A stretch of 64,000 nt of DNA from Octopus sinensis (taxonomy: Eukaryota): contig NC_042999.1 in the NCBI RefSeq assembly GCF_006345805.1, positions 28,210,001 through 28,274,000 of the forward strand, read 5' to 3'. Below the pieces are notes generated by a model. It was given only the letters and a program-made list of their open reading frames with translations. It was not told the DNA's origin and ran no database searches. The position numbers and the translations under genes were made by a program. Each line of letters opens with the position of its first letter. The stretch's first letter is position 1. Positions 12,745 through 26,169 of the stretch are shown here, one piece after another.

Positions 12745-14032
12745 CCAATTGTCAAGTAGCAAGATGCAGGTTTTCATTGGTATTTTGTTGCTCTCAGGAT
12801 ATAACACGCTACCTCATCGTCGTTTATACTGGGAAACCGAATCTGATTTTTGAAATGAGTTTGTAGCCAGTTCAATGCGAAGAAACATATTTGATAAGAT
12901 AATGGAATACTTTCATGAAGCAGACAACAATGAACTCGACAGCAAGGGCAGGTTTGCAAAGGTACACCCATTTTTGGACCTTCTAAATGAAAGATTTATA
13001 CAGTTTTGTTCAGTTTTTTATCCAAAAAATGTCTCTATTGATGAGGGGATATTGTGGTGGCCATCCCACAAAGCAATTTATTTGGGGCAAACCGATTCGA
13101 TGGGGTTACAACGGATGGATAGCAGCTAGTCCATTAGGTTGTTTATACTGGATTGATTTACATTAAGGAAAATGTGAAAGGGCAAAAATTAGCTGTTACA
13201 AGGACAGCTACGGCCTAGGAGGAGGAGAAGTGGTGCTTAACATGTCTGATAAACTTGAAACTCAATAAACAGTTAATAAATTTTCCTTCTTTGTTGATAA
13301 CATTTTTCACATCGTTCAACCTTCTAGAAGAGATACAGCGAAGAGGTCATTCTGCTACTGACACAGTTCGTAGTAATAGATCTGAAAAGTATTCCCTAAC
13401 CAAAGTCAAGCAGTCTGTAAACTGTGCACGAGTGACTGAGGAGCATTTTCTTGAAAAAGATTCTAGCATTTTAGTGGCAATGTGGAATGATAATGGTGTC
13501 GCTATCGTTGGGTCTAATCAGTTTGCTGTGCATTCTATAAAGCAAGTTCCGCGCTGGTCAATTGCAGAACGTAAACAAGTTTTGATACAAATGCCATCAG
13601 TAATTGGAAAATATAACTTGGGAGGTGTTGACAGGCTAGACCAAAACATATCTCAGTACCGCATTACCATTCGGCGGGAAAATGGTATTTCCCACTTCTG
13701 TCCTACCTTATTGAACGTGTGCATGAATAATGCATGGTTGTTTTCCAGAGAAAGGAGTTATAAAGAAGATCTACTAGCATCTACACGTCAAACTGTGCAG
13801 TATCTTTTGAAGAAATATGGAACGCCACTCATGAATCCAAGAAGACAAAAATCCTCGATGCATCTAGAGCAAGTATCAATGAGGAAAAATATGACAACAT
13901 AGGTCATGGTATATAAAAGAGTGAGCCAGAAAACCGTCGAAGATGTAGGCAGTGCAAGAGTCAAACTATATAGATGTGCAAGAAATGCAAAAGCTCCTAT
14001 GCATGACAAGTGTGCCTCTGACTGTTACTGAA
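12745..14032 (+). pseudogene. piggyBac transposase relic (DDE_Tnp_1_7, PGBD2/PGBD3-like), 5'-truncated and frameshifted
   Basis: MQVFIGILLLSGYNTLPHRRLYWE, RFAKVHPFLDLLNERF, VSIDE, FVDN/FFTSF, GGVDRLDQNISQYRI and a C-terminal RCRQCKSQT..RC..C...MHDKC cysteine-rich domain across frames. Confidence 0.9.
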
Positions 14033-14606
14033 TCCAGTCTTAGTGAGTGTTGTTTTGGGAAGAAGTACTGCAAATAATCTTATATTACATAATATCAGGG
14101 AAAGTTGTCAGATTTAGCTTATTACATAATAAAAGAAAAGAAAAAGATTAGATTTGGACAGAATGTATATTTTGTGTTTTGTGATATTGTATTAAGCTGT
14201 GTTACAATGATAGATAATTATAGTTTCAAAGTAATCTCACATACGTTTCAATCAGTTCTATATTCTTGTTTTGTTTAGTTAATTTTCATTATTTCAAATA
14301 CTCAGTCATTCTTATCTAATCACAATGTTTACATTAATTTTCATTAATTCAAATATTTTTCCTAAAGATAGAAAGAATAAGAGTAAAATGCTTCAATTTT
14401 ATTTGAATAAGTAAGCAAATTTTCGATGTTTTAAGATTTTTTGTATAATACATTATGTGACATGTGGCCCACCGTTGCGCGAACAAAATCGTACTGGGAC
14501 TAGTGTATCCATTGTTGCGTTAATGCAGCACACACAAAGATGTAATAACGTCTTACTTATTGAATAAATTATTAAAAAGCTAAAGTGGTATATATTATTA
14601 AACATA

Positions 14607-15221
14607 TCTATATATATAAAACTCAACTTGTGTGTCTGTGTGTGTCTGTGTGTGTCTGTGTGTTTAATTCCCCGGAACATCTCCTTCTAGCCAACAAATC
14701 GTAGAACCACCCAAAATGGGTCACTTAAAGTTTAGGCGAATGAAAATTGAACTGCGCTATTTCTGTTCCGAAATTCATCTCGCGAGTGCAAAAGTCGATA
14801 ATGTGTTTGTTTAGGTCTTATCCCATGCATTGAATAGTGAACTTTACTCAGTCAGCTGTTTGACGTAAACTGTGTTCACCACGCGTGCAAGTATGCGTAA
14901 ATTGCATGAAAAATAAAAAAAATCAAGATATAAAAACGAATCGCCGTAAACATTGTAGAAATTCGGCAAAGAAATGAATTTTCGGGATGTAGCCTGGAGG
15001 GTTTTTTCGTATTAATCGTTTGGACTTTGTGAACACATACCAATTGTTTTCATAACATTTTTAACGCTTTAAATTAAATGTGACAATTTTGCGTTGAGTC
15101 TGCAGTTTGAATCACTTTAACCAAATTTTAGCAGGCCGGATTTGTGATGGTCACGATACATCGCTAGCGATTACCTGAAACTCTCCCCTGAAATCCCCGT
15201 TGAGCCGGGCAATACTGCTAG
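14607..15221 (+). mobile_element. Non-autonomous Helitron (615 bp)
   Basis: 5' TC (A|TCTATATATATAAAAC followed by a GT-rich microsatellite), 3' hairpin CCCG-TTGAGC-CGGG 8 nt before the terminal CTAG, inserted between A and T, no TSD. Confidence 0.8.
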
Positions 15222-15751
15222 TCTACCATATATGTAAAATATAACCGATTCCCAAGACTTCATATTTTTATGGACATATGTGTATTAACATTTATTCTTA
15301 CAGTGAAATAGTGTTTCTAATGCAATGAATTTTATTTTTAAATAAAGACCTACGACCATAGCTATTTCTTTTTTCGAATTAGCGTTTTTACAAGGCAACT
15401 GATTTTCCATGTATGCAAAATGTTCTATCTCGCATAATTGCCAAGAGACATGCAAAACCTCCAAAATATTTCATCTCTGTAGTGATGCAAAGATTTATAT
15501 TGGGAATATAAACTGTTTAACATTCGAAGGCGCAAAAGACTGAATACATCAATATGCAATATAATTTTTTTTTAAGAAATAAGTTTTATATGAAGGTGAA
15601 CGCAAGCATATTAACAAATAACATTAGTTCAACACGTTTAGTGTCGAGAGAAATACAAACCGCTTTTGTTAATATCATTAGTTTAATAGTTTTACAGAAA
15701 GACTAACCCAATTTACATGTAACACGTTACCGAAGCTACACAAACATACAT

Positions 15752-15784
<33 letters not shown>

Positions 15785-15785
15785 A

Positions 15786-15823
<38 letters not shown>

Positions 15824-16980
15824 CATACATACACACGTATATGCTCAACTATAATGTACTATAATTTTCTATTGATGGTTTCTCTATGTCTGCAGTTCAA
15901 TGTTTATGGTCACACGCACATATACATGCTTATACGTATATGTACACATATGTACACGTGTGTGTGTATATATCTGTGTGTGAACGTGTGCATGTACGCG
16001 TGTGTGTACGTGTCTATGTGTGACAGAAAGGGAGTGTTTTAGTTCAAACATATTTGCAGTCTGTCTAAATACTTCCATGTTATGACACTCTGAACCATTA
16101 TTAATGGAACTTATTCTCCTGAATCCGAGTTCCAACCCATCAACACCAATCTATATAAACGTAACCTATTAAACCCATCAGAACTTCACTGTTCTTTCAT
16201 AAACATTTTATTAGTAATTTGTGTAATGTCAACGTTTTGTTTTCCAGTTCAACGGAGAACTAGAGCTTCAGAGATAGGTGTATGTACGTGTATTTGTCTG
16301 CTTGTATGTATCATTTTCTATATGTGTTAGTTTGGAAGCCGATTATGCAGGTGTATGTATACGTTCATAAGTATGTATGCGAGTGCGTATGTTTGCTTTT
16401 ATGGATATATAAACATGTATATGTCTCAGAATGTGTGTGTGTATCATAATGAATGTGTTCATGTGTGCAGTGATAGCAGAAGCTATATGTCACTGAAATT
16501 GTGTGACTAGCATTTATAGAGTGTTCTGTACTGCGCTGTAATGTATTGTTGCAGTGTTTAAAATCATCCTTATTCTTTGTGAGTTCATATCTCGCTGTCG
16601 TTGGCATGATTTTTATATATACTGAATTTGTGAACAAATCAGATCGTCCTGACTAGTGGGTGGTAAGGTATAGAAGCAAGGAAGAAGGGTGGGTTATTAT
16701 TGATGGAAGAAAGTCAAGTTCAGATACCTGGCTGACTTCTGATTAGAGACATGCAATAAATGCTTGTAACCGAGTGAACTTTGCTAAAGGTCCCCAGTAA
16801 CGAGGTGACTGTGTTGCTAAACCGTCCAGCATCTGAGGTTTTAGAATGCTACATAGAATGTTATGGGGAGGTTACAGTATAAGACGAATTTTTTTTCACA
16901 TTGATGTTGCTTAAATACATGTAAATTTTGATCTATATCGTGTTATCGTATTAGAAAGTAATCTGTTGAATGTACTCATA

Positions 16981-17555
16981 TTCTTTTCTACTCTAGGCAC
17001 AAGGTCCAAAATCTTGGGCGAGGCGACAGTCGATTAGATCGACCTCAATACGCGACTGGTACACAACGACCCCGAAAGGATGAAAGCAAAGTTGATCTCG
17101 GCGGAATTTCAACTCAAAACGTAAAGACAGACGAAATACCTTTTCTTTACTACCCACAAGGGGCTAAACACAGAGGGCACAAACAAGGACAGACGAACGG
17201 ATTAAGTCGATTACATCGACCTCAGTTCGTAAATGGTACTTAATTTATCGACCCCGAAAGGATGAAAGGCAAGGTTTACCTCGGCAAAATTTGAACTCAG
17301 AACGTAATGGCTGACGAAGTAGCTATTTCTTTACTATCCACAAGGGGCTAAACACAGAGAGAACAAACAAGAACAGACAAACGGATTAAGTCGATTATAC
17401 CGACCCCAGTGCGTAACTGGTACTTATTTAAATCGAACCCGAAAGGATGAAATACACAGTCGACCTCGGCGGAATTTGAACTCAGAACGTAGCGGCAGAC
17501 GAAATACCGCTAAGCATTTCGGCCGGAGTGCTAACGTTTCTACCAGCTCGCCGCC
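16981..17555 (-). mobile_element. SINE family B with three tandem core units
   Basis: Head at 17555, repeated B-box+core units, tail GGCCTTGTGCCTAGAGTAGAAAAG-like at about 16985. Confidence 0.9.
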
Positions 17556-18199
17556 TTTCAATCTACGCATATTAATTTAAAAAGTTTAGTATGATATAGC
17601 AACTAATCCTAACGTATCTAAGTACTGCAATCGGTTCCATCATTATTGTTGCTACTTAGCACGAAATCAAATCTAACTGAACTATAGTCAATGTCATTCC
17701 AACCATGACCAAGGTGTCGATCTGACGTTATGTAAGGCAACATTATCCAATATGTAATTTTCCCCAAACAGTAGAATGTGATATTAGAAAAAATTAGCAG
17801 TAAGATTTAGCAGCAAGTTTTAGCAGGTTTAATGATCACCACTGGCTTCTGCTTTTGTATTGTATATTTGTATTATATTTTTGTAATTTTTGTTTTGCAA
17901 TTTTATATTACATAGTGCATTTTGTTTTGAATTGTTGCTATCATTGTATGCTGTTCTTGTAAATCTGAATGCTACGAGGAAATATTTTTGTCTTTTGTGA
18001 GGGATCAACGAATTCCTTCAACTGATTTTATTTTGCTCAAGAACTACCCCGCTAAAAAATGTAAAAACAAGAAAACCTTGCAACATATACCAATACAAAA
18101 TTACAGCAAAATATCGCACCTTAGGCGCGTGGAAAAGTTATTTTAGATGTTAAAGATGAAATATGTGTTACCAAAGGTGCATTTACATTTACAAAATAA

Positions 18200-18222
18200 T
18201 ACTAATAATATGCTAATTATTA

Positions 18223-18265
<43 letters not shown>

Positions 18266-18308
18266 GATTATTATTATTATTATTCATCCTCATAAACAAC
18301 AATAAAAA

Positions 18309-18343
<35 letters not shown>

Positions 18344-18760
18344 ATAATAATAATAATAATAATAACAATAAGAAGAAGAAGCAGAAGAAAAAGAAGAAGA
18401 ACAAAGAGGAAGAAGGAAAATAATAAAAGATAGAGAAGGAGAAAAAGAAGGAGGAGGAGAAGAAGAAGAAGAAGAAGAAGAAGAAGAAGAAGGAAAATGA
18501 TAAAAGACAGAGAAGAAGAAAAAAAGACGTATGAGTAGAAGAAGGAGGAGAAGAAGAAGAAAAAGAAGAAGGAGGAGAAGAAGAAGGAGAAGTGGAAGAA
18601 GAAGAAGAAAAAGAAGAAGAAAACGAAGAAGAAGAAGAGAATGTCAAGAATTGTCAAGAAGAAAAGAAGAAGTGGAAAAAGGAGGAAAAGAAAGAGAAGA
18701 GAAAGGAGAGGAGAGAGGAAGGCGAAGATGGAGAAGGTGGAGGAAATGAAGACATAAAGA
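18200..18760. repeat. Compound (ATT)n-(ACT)n-(AAT)n-(GAA)n trinucleotide tract
   Basis: Direct reading. Confidence 0.95.
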
Positions 18761-19200
18761 GAGTCATTATATGATTTGAATTAGTTGGTTTTGTTTGAAG
18801 TTGACTGAATCCAATTAAACGAACCACAGTCACGTGATGTTATAGGCTGGCAGCAAACTGTAAGGGAAAAAGAAAAATCAACAACACAACAACAACAGAT
18901 CAACAGCAACAACAACTACAAACTGTAAAATAAAATGAAAATGATAAATATATAAAAATTAACTATATAAAAGATTTGTTAAGGTGGCTTTTCTTTGCAT
19001 TAATGAAATTTCTGAGTAGAAATGAGAAGAAGGAATATAGAATGCCAGCGAATGATTCCTGAAGCACTTCAACAACAATAGGAGAGCTCATTATTAAGAG
19101 GACCTCCTTAAAGTGCATACACAGCAAAATGCAACATACAACACATTAAATTTTCATTATTTCTATGAAATACATTTGAGATAAAATAATACCATTTATC

Positions 19201-19576
19201 AAAAGCGCAAGGCCTGAAAATTGGGGGAGGGAATAAATCATTTTCATCGACCCCAGTGTTTCACTGGTACTTATTTTATCAACCCCGAAAGGATGAAAGT
19301 CAAAGTGAACCTCGGCGGTATTTGAACTCAGACCCTAAATTCGGACGAAATGCCGCTAAGCATTTTACCCCGGCGTGCTAACGATTCTGTTAGCACGACG
19401 CCTTTATTTAAAATAAAATAGTGACAATAATAATGGCTTCAAATTTTGGCACATGGCCAGCAATTCTGAAGCAGGGGTTAAGTCAAATACCTCGACCTCA
19501 CCGCACAACTGGTACTTATTTTATCAAATCTGAAAGGATGAAAGGCGGAATTTAAACTCAGAACGCAAAACCGGAC

Positions 19577-19648
<72 letters not shown>

Positions 19649-20487
19649 TAATAATAATAATAATAATAATAATCATCCTCTGTACTGTAGGTACAAACCT
19701 GAACTTTTAAGGCGGAGTTTAGTCGAGATTACATCGGCCCCAATGCTTACTTAACCGATCCCTTAAGGAGGAAAGGCAAAGTCGATCTCAACGGAAGTTG
19801 AACTCAGAACGTTAAGTTGGACGAAATACCTATTTCTTTACTACTCACAAGGGGCTACACACAATGGGGACAAACAAGGACAGACAAACGGATAAAGTCG
19901 ATTATATCGACCCCTGTGCGTAACTGATATTTAATTTATCGACCCCGAATGGATGAAAGGCAAAGTCGACCTCGGCGGAATTTGAACTCAGAACGTAACG
20001 GCAGACAAAATACATCTTTCCTTACTACCCACAAGAGGCAAAATACAGAGGGAACAAACAAGGACAGACAGACGGATTAAGTCGATTATATCGACCCCAG
20101 TGCGTAACTGGTACTTATTTAATCGACCTCGAAAGGATGAAAGGCAAAGTCGACCTCGGCGGAATTTGAACTCAGAACGTAACGGCAGACGAAATACGGG
20201 TACGCATTTCGGCCGGCATGCTAACGATTTTACATGCTCACCGTCTTCAACAATAACAGTAGCAACAATGATAATCCATTCTACTATAGACGCAAGTCCT
20301 GAAAATTTGGGGGAGATATTAAATCGATTTCATCGACCCCAGTATTGACCTGGTACTTATTTTATCGACCCCGAAAGGATGAAAATCAAAATCGACCTCG
20401 GTGGAATTTGAACTCAAACGCGCAGACGGACGAAATACCGCTAAGCATTTTCCCCGATGTACTAACGATTCTGCCAGCTTGCTGTCT
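19201..20487 (-). mobile_element. Cluster of four SINE family B copies (19201-19403, about 19425-19578, 19681-20245 with 3 units, 20281-20487) with an (AAT)n tract at 19578-19672
   Basis: Repeated reverse-complement head, B-box and core motifs. Confidence 0.85.
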
Positions 20488-20671
20488 TAACAACAACAAT
20501 AATCATAATAGGATCATAGTAAAAGAGTGAATATTCAGAATAAAAAATGACTTTGATTATATATCGATTATGTTTTCAGATCAATCATATAATGCAGTTT
20601 TAAACATTATCATACGCTGATACAGATATATAACTTTCATCTTCATACACTTCTTCGTACTTGCTGTTACA

Positions 20672-20818
20672 TTCACACACACACACATGCACACACACAC
20701 ACACACACACACACACACCACACACACACACGCACGCACACACACACACATACACACATACGCACAGACACACACACACACACTCATACACACACACCCA
20801 CACACACACACTCACACA
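20672..20818. repeat. (CA)n microsatellite
   Basis: Direct reading. Confidence 0.95.
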
Positions 20819-21134
20819 ATTCAGTTCAGATACTACCGCTAACCTAAACTTTTTTTGTACAAGCATCATCCAGAGGTAATTTAAATGCCCCATGCCAGAC
20901 ATAATCGGATTCGATGAACCGAAATTTCAAATCCATTCTTCAAAGAATCATTTAATTAACAAACAAATGAAAAATAACGGAAATACAGTTCTTATACTTA
21001 TGACAGGAAACAAATTTGCACTGCAACTAAAATGCTCATAAGCAAGCGTTAAAGACGTCTCGAAATTAATTTTGGAGTTAATCAAAATACGCTAAAGTGA
21101 TGTCAAAGAACGAAGGATAAAGATAACGATATTG

Positions 21135-21457
21135 TATTACTAAACACATGTTTAATAAAGTTGGCACTCCGTCTGTTACGACGACGAGGGTTCCAGTTGA
21201 TCCGATCAACGGAACAACGTACAAGTGGCTGAGCACTCTACATACGCCTGTACCCTTAACATAGTTCTCAGCGTGACATAGAATGTGGCAAGGCTGACCC
21301 TTTGAAATACAGGTACTCCTCATTTTGCCAGTTAAATGGACTGGAGCAAAGTTGCGTAAATTGTCTTGCTGAAGGACACAACGCGTTGTCCCGAATTGAA
21401 CCCACGACCTTACGAGGGTGTGTCGAATACCTTAACTACTAATCCATGCGCCTTCAC
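21135..21457 (-). mobile_element. tRNA-derived SINE family C1 (CORE-like centre)
   Basis: Minus strand: tRNA-like head GGCGCATGGATTAGTAGTTAAGG...GGGTTCAATTC, then GTTGTGTCCTT.AGCAAGACA, then a 3' half shared with 33187-33565. Confidence 0.8.
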
Positions 21458-21999
21458 TGGGTGTTTAATAATGCAATAATAGTTCGAAAAAGATCCCCGT
21501 TTAAAAATAAAGTTCGAGAAACTTGTCATTGGCAAGCTATCCATATGGCTAAGATCGCAAAGAAGTCATGTGAACTGATTTCAACATCGAATGTAGTAGT
21601 AGTAGTAGCAGTGACTGGCATAAGTAAGCGATATTAGCAGCATGTGACCTGGTATGATAAATATGTTTGGATGGAACACCCAGAGGACAATAGTATGAAT
21701 TGCAAGTATAGCCAGTAAAGTAATTGGAATGTCGAAATTCTCTTGTTCACATCGAGATTAATTGTATAAGGTAGTAGGTTGTAGCTTTTTGCGTAGTGAT
21801 GCATTATAATCTGTCTGAAAAAGCAATAAGTAAGATGTGAAACAGTGAGTCTTTCAGAACGGCTGATATCGTGAGGAGAGAAAAAAGACATTTTATGTTA
21901 CTAACTTCGAATCCATTGTCAGTCTTGTATTGGTTAGTGAGAATGTTTTCCTGAAGTACTTACAGCCAACCTTAGCTGTCGGCTGGAATGCAGCGAAAG

Positions 22000-23000
22000 A
22001 GAATTAAGGATTAGTTACACTACTCGACACATACTATTCCTACAATTCATTTGTACACTAATAGTCTTTTGTCATTCCGTGTTATCTGTTTCTGCTAACA
22101 CCTCATACTTTGATTAAACCCAGCTGTTACTACATTTGACGTCCAAACTACTTCAAGCAACATGTTGACCATAATAGACTGAGATGGCATTCTAACAGCA
22201 TCTCCGGACACTTTATCTTCTTTCATGTATGCATTTGACGTGGTTTAAACTTGTGGTTTCATTCTAGCTCAGTCGAGTTCAATGCACACAGCTGTGTTGC
22301 AAAGACTAAAATTTTACTTGACATCTTGTAAATTGATTTTCCATCGCATTCAAAGGTATTGCTCTTTATATTTTCATCACAAAAGCAGATCTTCATCATC
22401 CTTGACAATATACATCAATTGAGAGAATCACATCAATTTGCAACTTTGGTTTTGCTGTGACCTCAAATGACACAATTGATACTGAAAAATTTCTGCGCCT
22501 GGGAAGACAAGAACACTTCTTTCGGAAATTTATTCCAGTGACCATAGAACATTCACCTTTCACTTAAGAAAATAATTCAAATATATTGCGCCGTAGATAA
22601 CCACTGTTATTGCAGAGATGTGAAATGCTGAAACTGTGCAAGAATAAATTCAACTTTCCTTCAGTATTGTGATATTTACATTCAACAGTTAACGCTGCAT
22701 AGGAGCCAAGATACCTAACTGTTTTATCTTTGAGAAGTGCAACATCCGTTTCAATGAGAAATTCTGAATTTTAGGACCATCATTCATATGGAAGACACTA
22801 AAAACAAGCCCTTTGATGCCTCTTTATATTCAGATTCCTAGTGTCATCACTCACTGATACTTCGAAATGAGACTGTTGCACAAATGTAAGACAAAAAGTT
22901 GGAAGCGACTTCAATATTTTTCTACAATGCTGCATGTCCTTACCAAGCAATCATCGAGTTTGTTATGACAAATGATTTCATATACTCAACTTCGTATAAA
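22000..23000 (+). pseudogene. Heavily decayed RTE-clade LINE ORF2 (RT C-terminal half)
   Basis: Ordered remnants AKTKI, F.F.VTSNDTID, RLGK...SFGNL, LL..CE, NSE.L and RTIIHMED..K...LYS follow the RTE pattern AKTKV / YLGS.....ID.EI..RI.KA..AFGRL / LLYGCETW / LRW.GH..RM.D.R.PK.LY; many stops. Confidence 0.5.
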
Positions 23001-23524
23001 AGATAAGTGTAGTATAGTAACACTCCACGCTAAAGAAAAGATTTAGCCCATATCTCTCCATTTCTATAGGAACTGAACTTGTCTACTAGATCAGTCAGAT
23101 TCTTTTCAGATTCAAGGCTGGCCTTGTTATACGTAGCACAAACCACAGAAGAAAACAAGGGCGTGTTAGGGTACACTGAGTATTTATCCGGGAGCCTCGC
23201 GTGTCTATAGGCCCAATTCAAACTTATGTATATTGTGGCTTACTGCCAATGGATAAATATTATAGGGACTAGTGCGTTGAATTATCAAGGGACCTACATT
23301 ACGGCTAGGCAGCTCTGAGTGACAATGATGAATAAGAACTAAAATAGGATTTATGTAAACACTTTCAAGTCTCTCACCTGCCCATAATTTATGTTAATTT
23401 TTGTTGAATAACTACAAATTTCACCATTGTATCAGCATTCTATCAATTCTGTTTTCATTTACCTTTTTCGGTTTTTAAGAATTATATTGCACTCTTTGTT
23501 ACTGTGATCTCGTTAGTCCTTCCC

Positions 23525-23527
23525 GAC

Positions 23528-23596
<69 letters not shown>

Positions 23597-23941
23597 TATG
23601 TCACACACATATGTGAGTGAGCATTCACATACACTCTTATATACATACACGCACAGAAACAAACGCATGTATGCAGACACATACATACATCATGCTGAAC
23701 GTAACAAAAGTCTGAAAATGAACAGTGAATATCACTTGTTATAGACTGTAATTTATACACGCATTACATCTCCAAACAAGTAGTTATTAATACAGACACA
23801 CAGACATATATCTGAAAAGAGATGCATAACAAGAAAGGATGTATACACACATAAGCGCATGCGAACATTCACACACACACATACACACACATATATGTAA
23901 GTATGTATGTGAGTAAACATCTAAGCATATATATGTATGTA

Positions 23942-23982
<41 letters not shown>

Positions 23983-24029
23983 TACATATACATATATGTA
24001 TATATGTACATATATACATATATACATAT

Positions 24030-24062
<33 letters not shown>

Positions 24063-24120
24063 TAGATACATATATATATATATTATATATATATATATAT
24101 ATAAATATATATATACATAG

Positions 24121-24198
<78 letters not shown>
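23525..24198. repeat. (GA)n, (CA)n and (TA)n microsatellite block
   Basis: Direct reading. Confidence 0.95.
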
Positions 24199-24199
<1 letters not shown>

Positions 24200-26169
24200 G
24201 GTAAATAACGTACATGCAAATCCAGTAAATTGCAGACAGAGTAGCATGTGCCTATACATGCAAGCAGTACATTCTTACTTACACACACAGTTCATGGCAT
24301 GATGAAATGTTTTATGGTGGTGCCAATAGAGCCGACCAATGAGTAATTTAGAAAGTCAAACGCCAATGAATAGTTTATGATCTGCCAAACCTGGAACCTT
24401 CTAGTCTGAATAGTTCTCTAAGAAGAAATAGTATGTAAATTACACTAGAAAAGTCAAAATCCAACCGTAATAACAACAGCAAAGAAGGAAAACAACAACA
24501 ACAAATAAAGCAGCATAAATAATATATATTATGTCATAGCATTCAATGGAACTAAGTAATAATTAAATTCAACTTCGTTGTTTGTTTTTCATAGTATTTA
24601 TTATGGGGTAGGTTTATAATCCGAAAGTTGTCTTTTCGGAAACATTATTTAATATCTCATGTTAATGGTGCTAGACATTTTGGCTGCGATGTGTGACACG
24701 CGAAGGAAAGTTTACAGTATATGCAAATGAAGGAAAATAAGAAAAAAGAAAAAGAAATAAATATACTATCAGCTAGAAAGCAATTTGCATTCTTTAGCTC
24801 TATAATTATTGGAATAGACGGTTGAAAAATTATGAAACAATGATAGGAATTCTAGATAATTTCATAAAATTTCGTACTCAAATTGTATCGAATTATTTAA
24901 CATAATTTCAGTGTTTTTGACCTGCAAATAATTATTCCTAACATCGCATTAATATATAGGAATATTAAACATCACATCGATATATGTCTGATGAAAGTAT
25001 ATTTTAAAATGATATATGATAAAGTTTCAAACTTTCGTATATATATATAGGCAATTATGCGGGTAAACAAATTAGACACATCAAATACTTTGAACATATT
25101 AAATATATCAAATACAAAATATGCATATATGTATACATGCAAAACGAGAGAAAGCAAAAAGTTGAATGTTTCAGGTGATGAATTTTTATGTGTAAATATA
25201 TAGATACTTATATTAATAAGTCCAACTTACGAAGAATGCAAACGACAAAGAAAATGAAAGGTGTGGAAGAAAGGTGTAATAAGTCCAACAACTGTTTCTG
25301 GGTGTTGGTCGATCTATGATAATGCTGGTAGGTTTAGTTCACCGCAGTATGCGACTGTATAGATGCAATTAACAGTGGAAAAAGCGAGCCACCGACATAA
25401 GGGTAGTGAAGATCATGCATTTCAGATCCTAAAGCAGAAAAGTTCAAAGATGAAATGGTTAAATGTTGATAGGTAGCTGTATCAGAGGTGGGACTGTGGG
25501 TATTAAAACAGGGAATGATGAGAGAAGAAAATATATTTCAAGAAGAGTGATGGGTTAATAACGAAGGTACTTAGAAAGGTAGTAGTGGAAGGGGAGAGTT
25601 GGAAGAGTATTTGAATGGTAGTTCGTTGTGTTGGGGCTGTTAAAGTTTTACGATAACAGCTAAAGAATTACTGGAAGCTGATATAATGAGAAAAGGAATG
25701 GCAATTATTTGAAGAAAGTAAGGATTCCAGTTCAATAGCAGAGGAAGATTATAAGGTATATAGAAGAGTATGAGAGAAGATAGAGGGTAGACAGACTGTG
25801 GTGTGCGTTGGTGGTCAAGGTAACAGAAGTTAGTGGAATAATGAATGTGGGCTTATATTGGCGGGAGAGTACTGAGGTATGCAGGGGTGTATGAAATTGA
25901 ACAGAGGGGGTGAATAGAGAAAGGAAGGGGTTGAGAGGTCAGTATCCAAGTAAGTGAGGTAGTAATATTAAGAGCTATTAGTTGAAGAGGTAAAATGAGA
26001 GAAGGGTGGGGAGGCTATGAGGGAGGTAGAATGTTGTGGGTCGAGAAATTTTCAAAGGTAACAATTAGAAAAAATAGTTTAATAAGATGAGTGGTATTAG
26101 TTGAGGTGGTAAGTTGCGTGGCTGGCCTTGTCGTACCTCAAGATCAATTTTAATTAAGGATAGTTATAG

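Noticed and set aside
20840-20882. Possible 12-nt microexon (CATCATCCAGAG|GTAATT)
   Set aside because: Weak AAG acceptor and no host gene context; untestable from sequence alone.
24320-24370. Three clustered CCAAT boxes (NF-Y promoter?)
   Set aside because: No CpG enrichment or downstream exon; plausible by chance in 64 kb.
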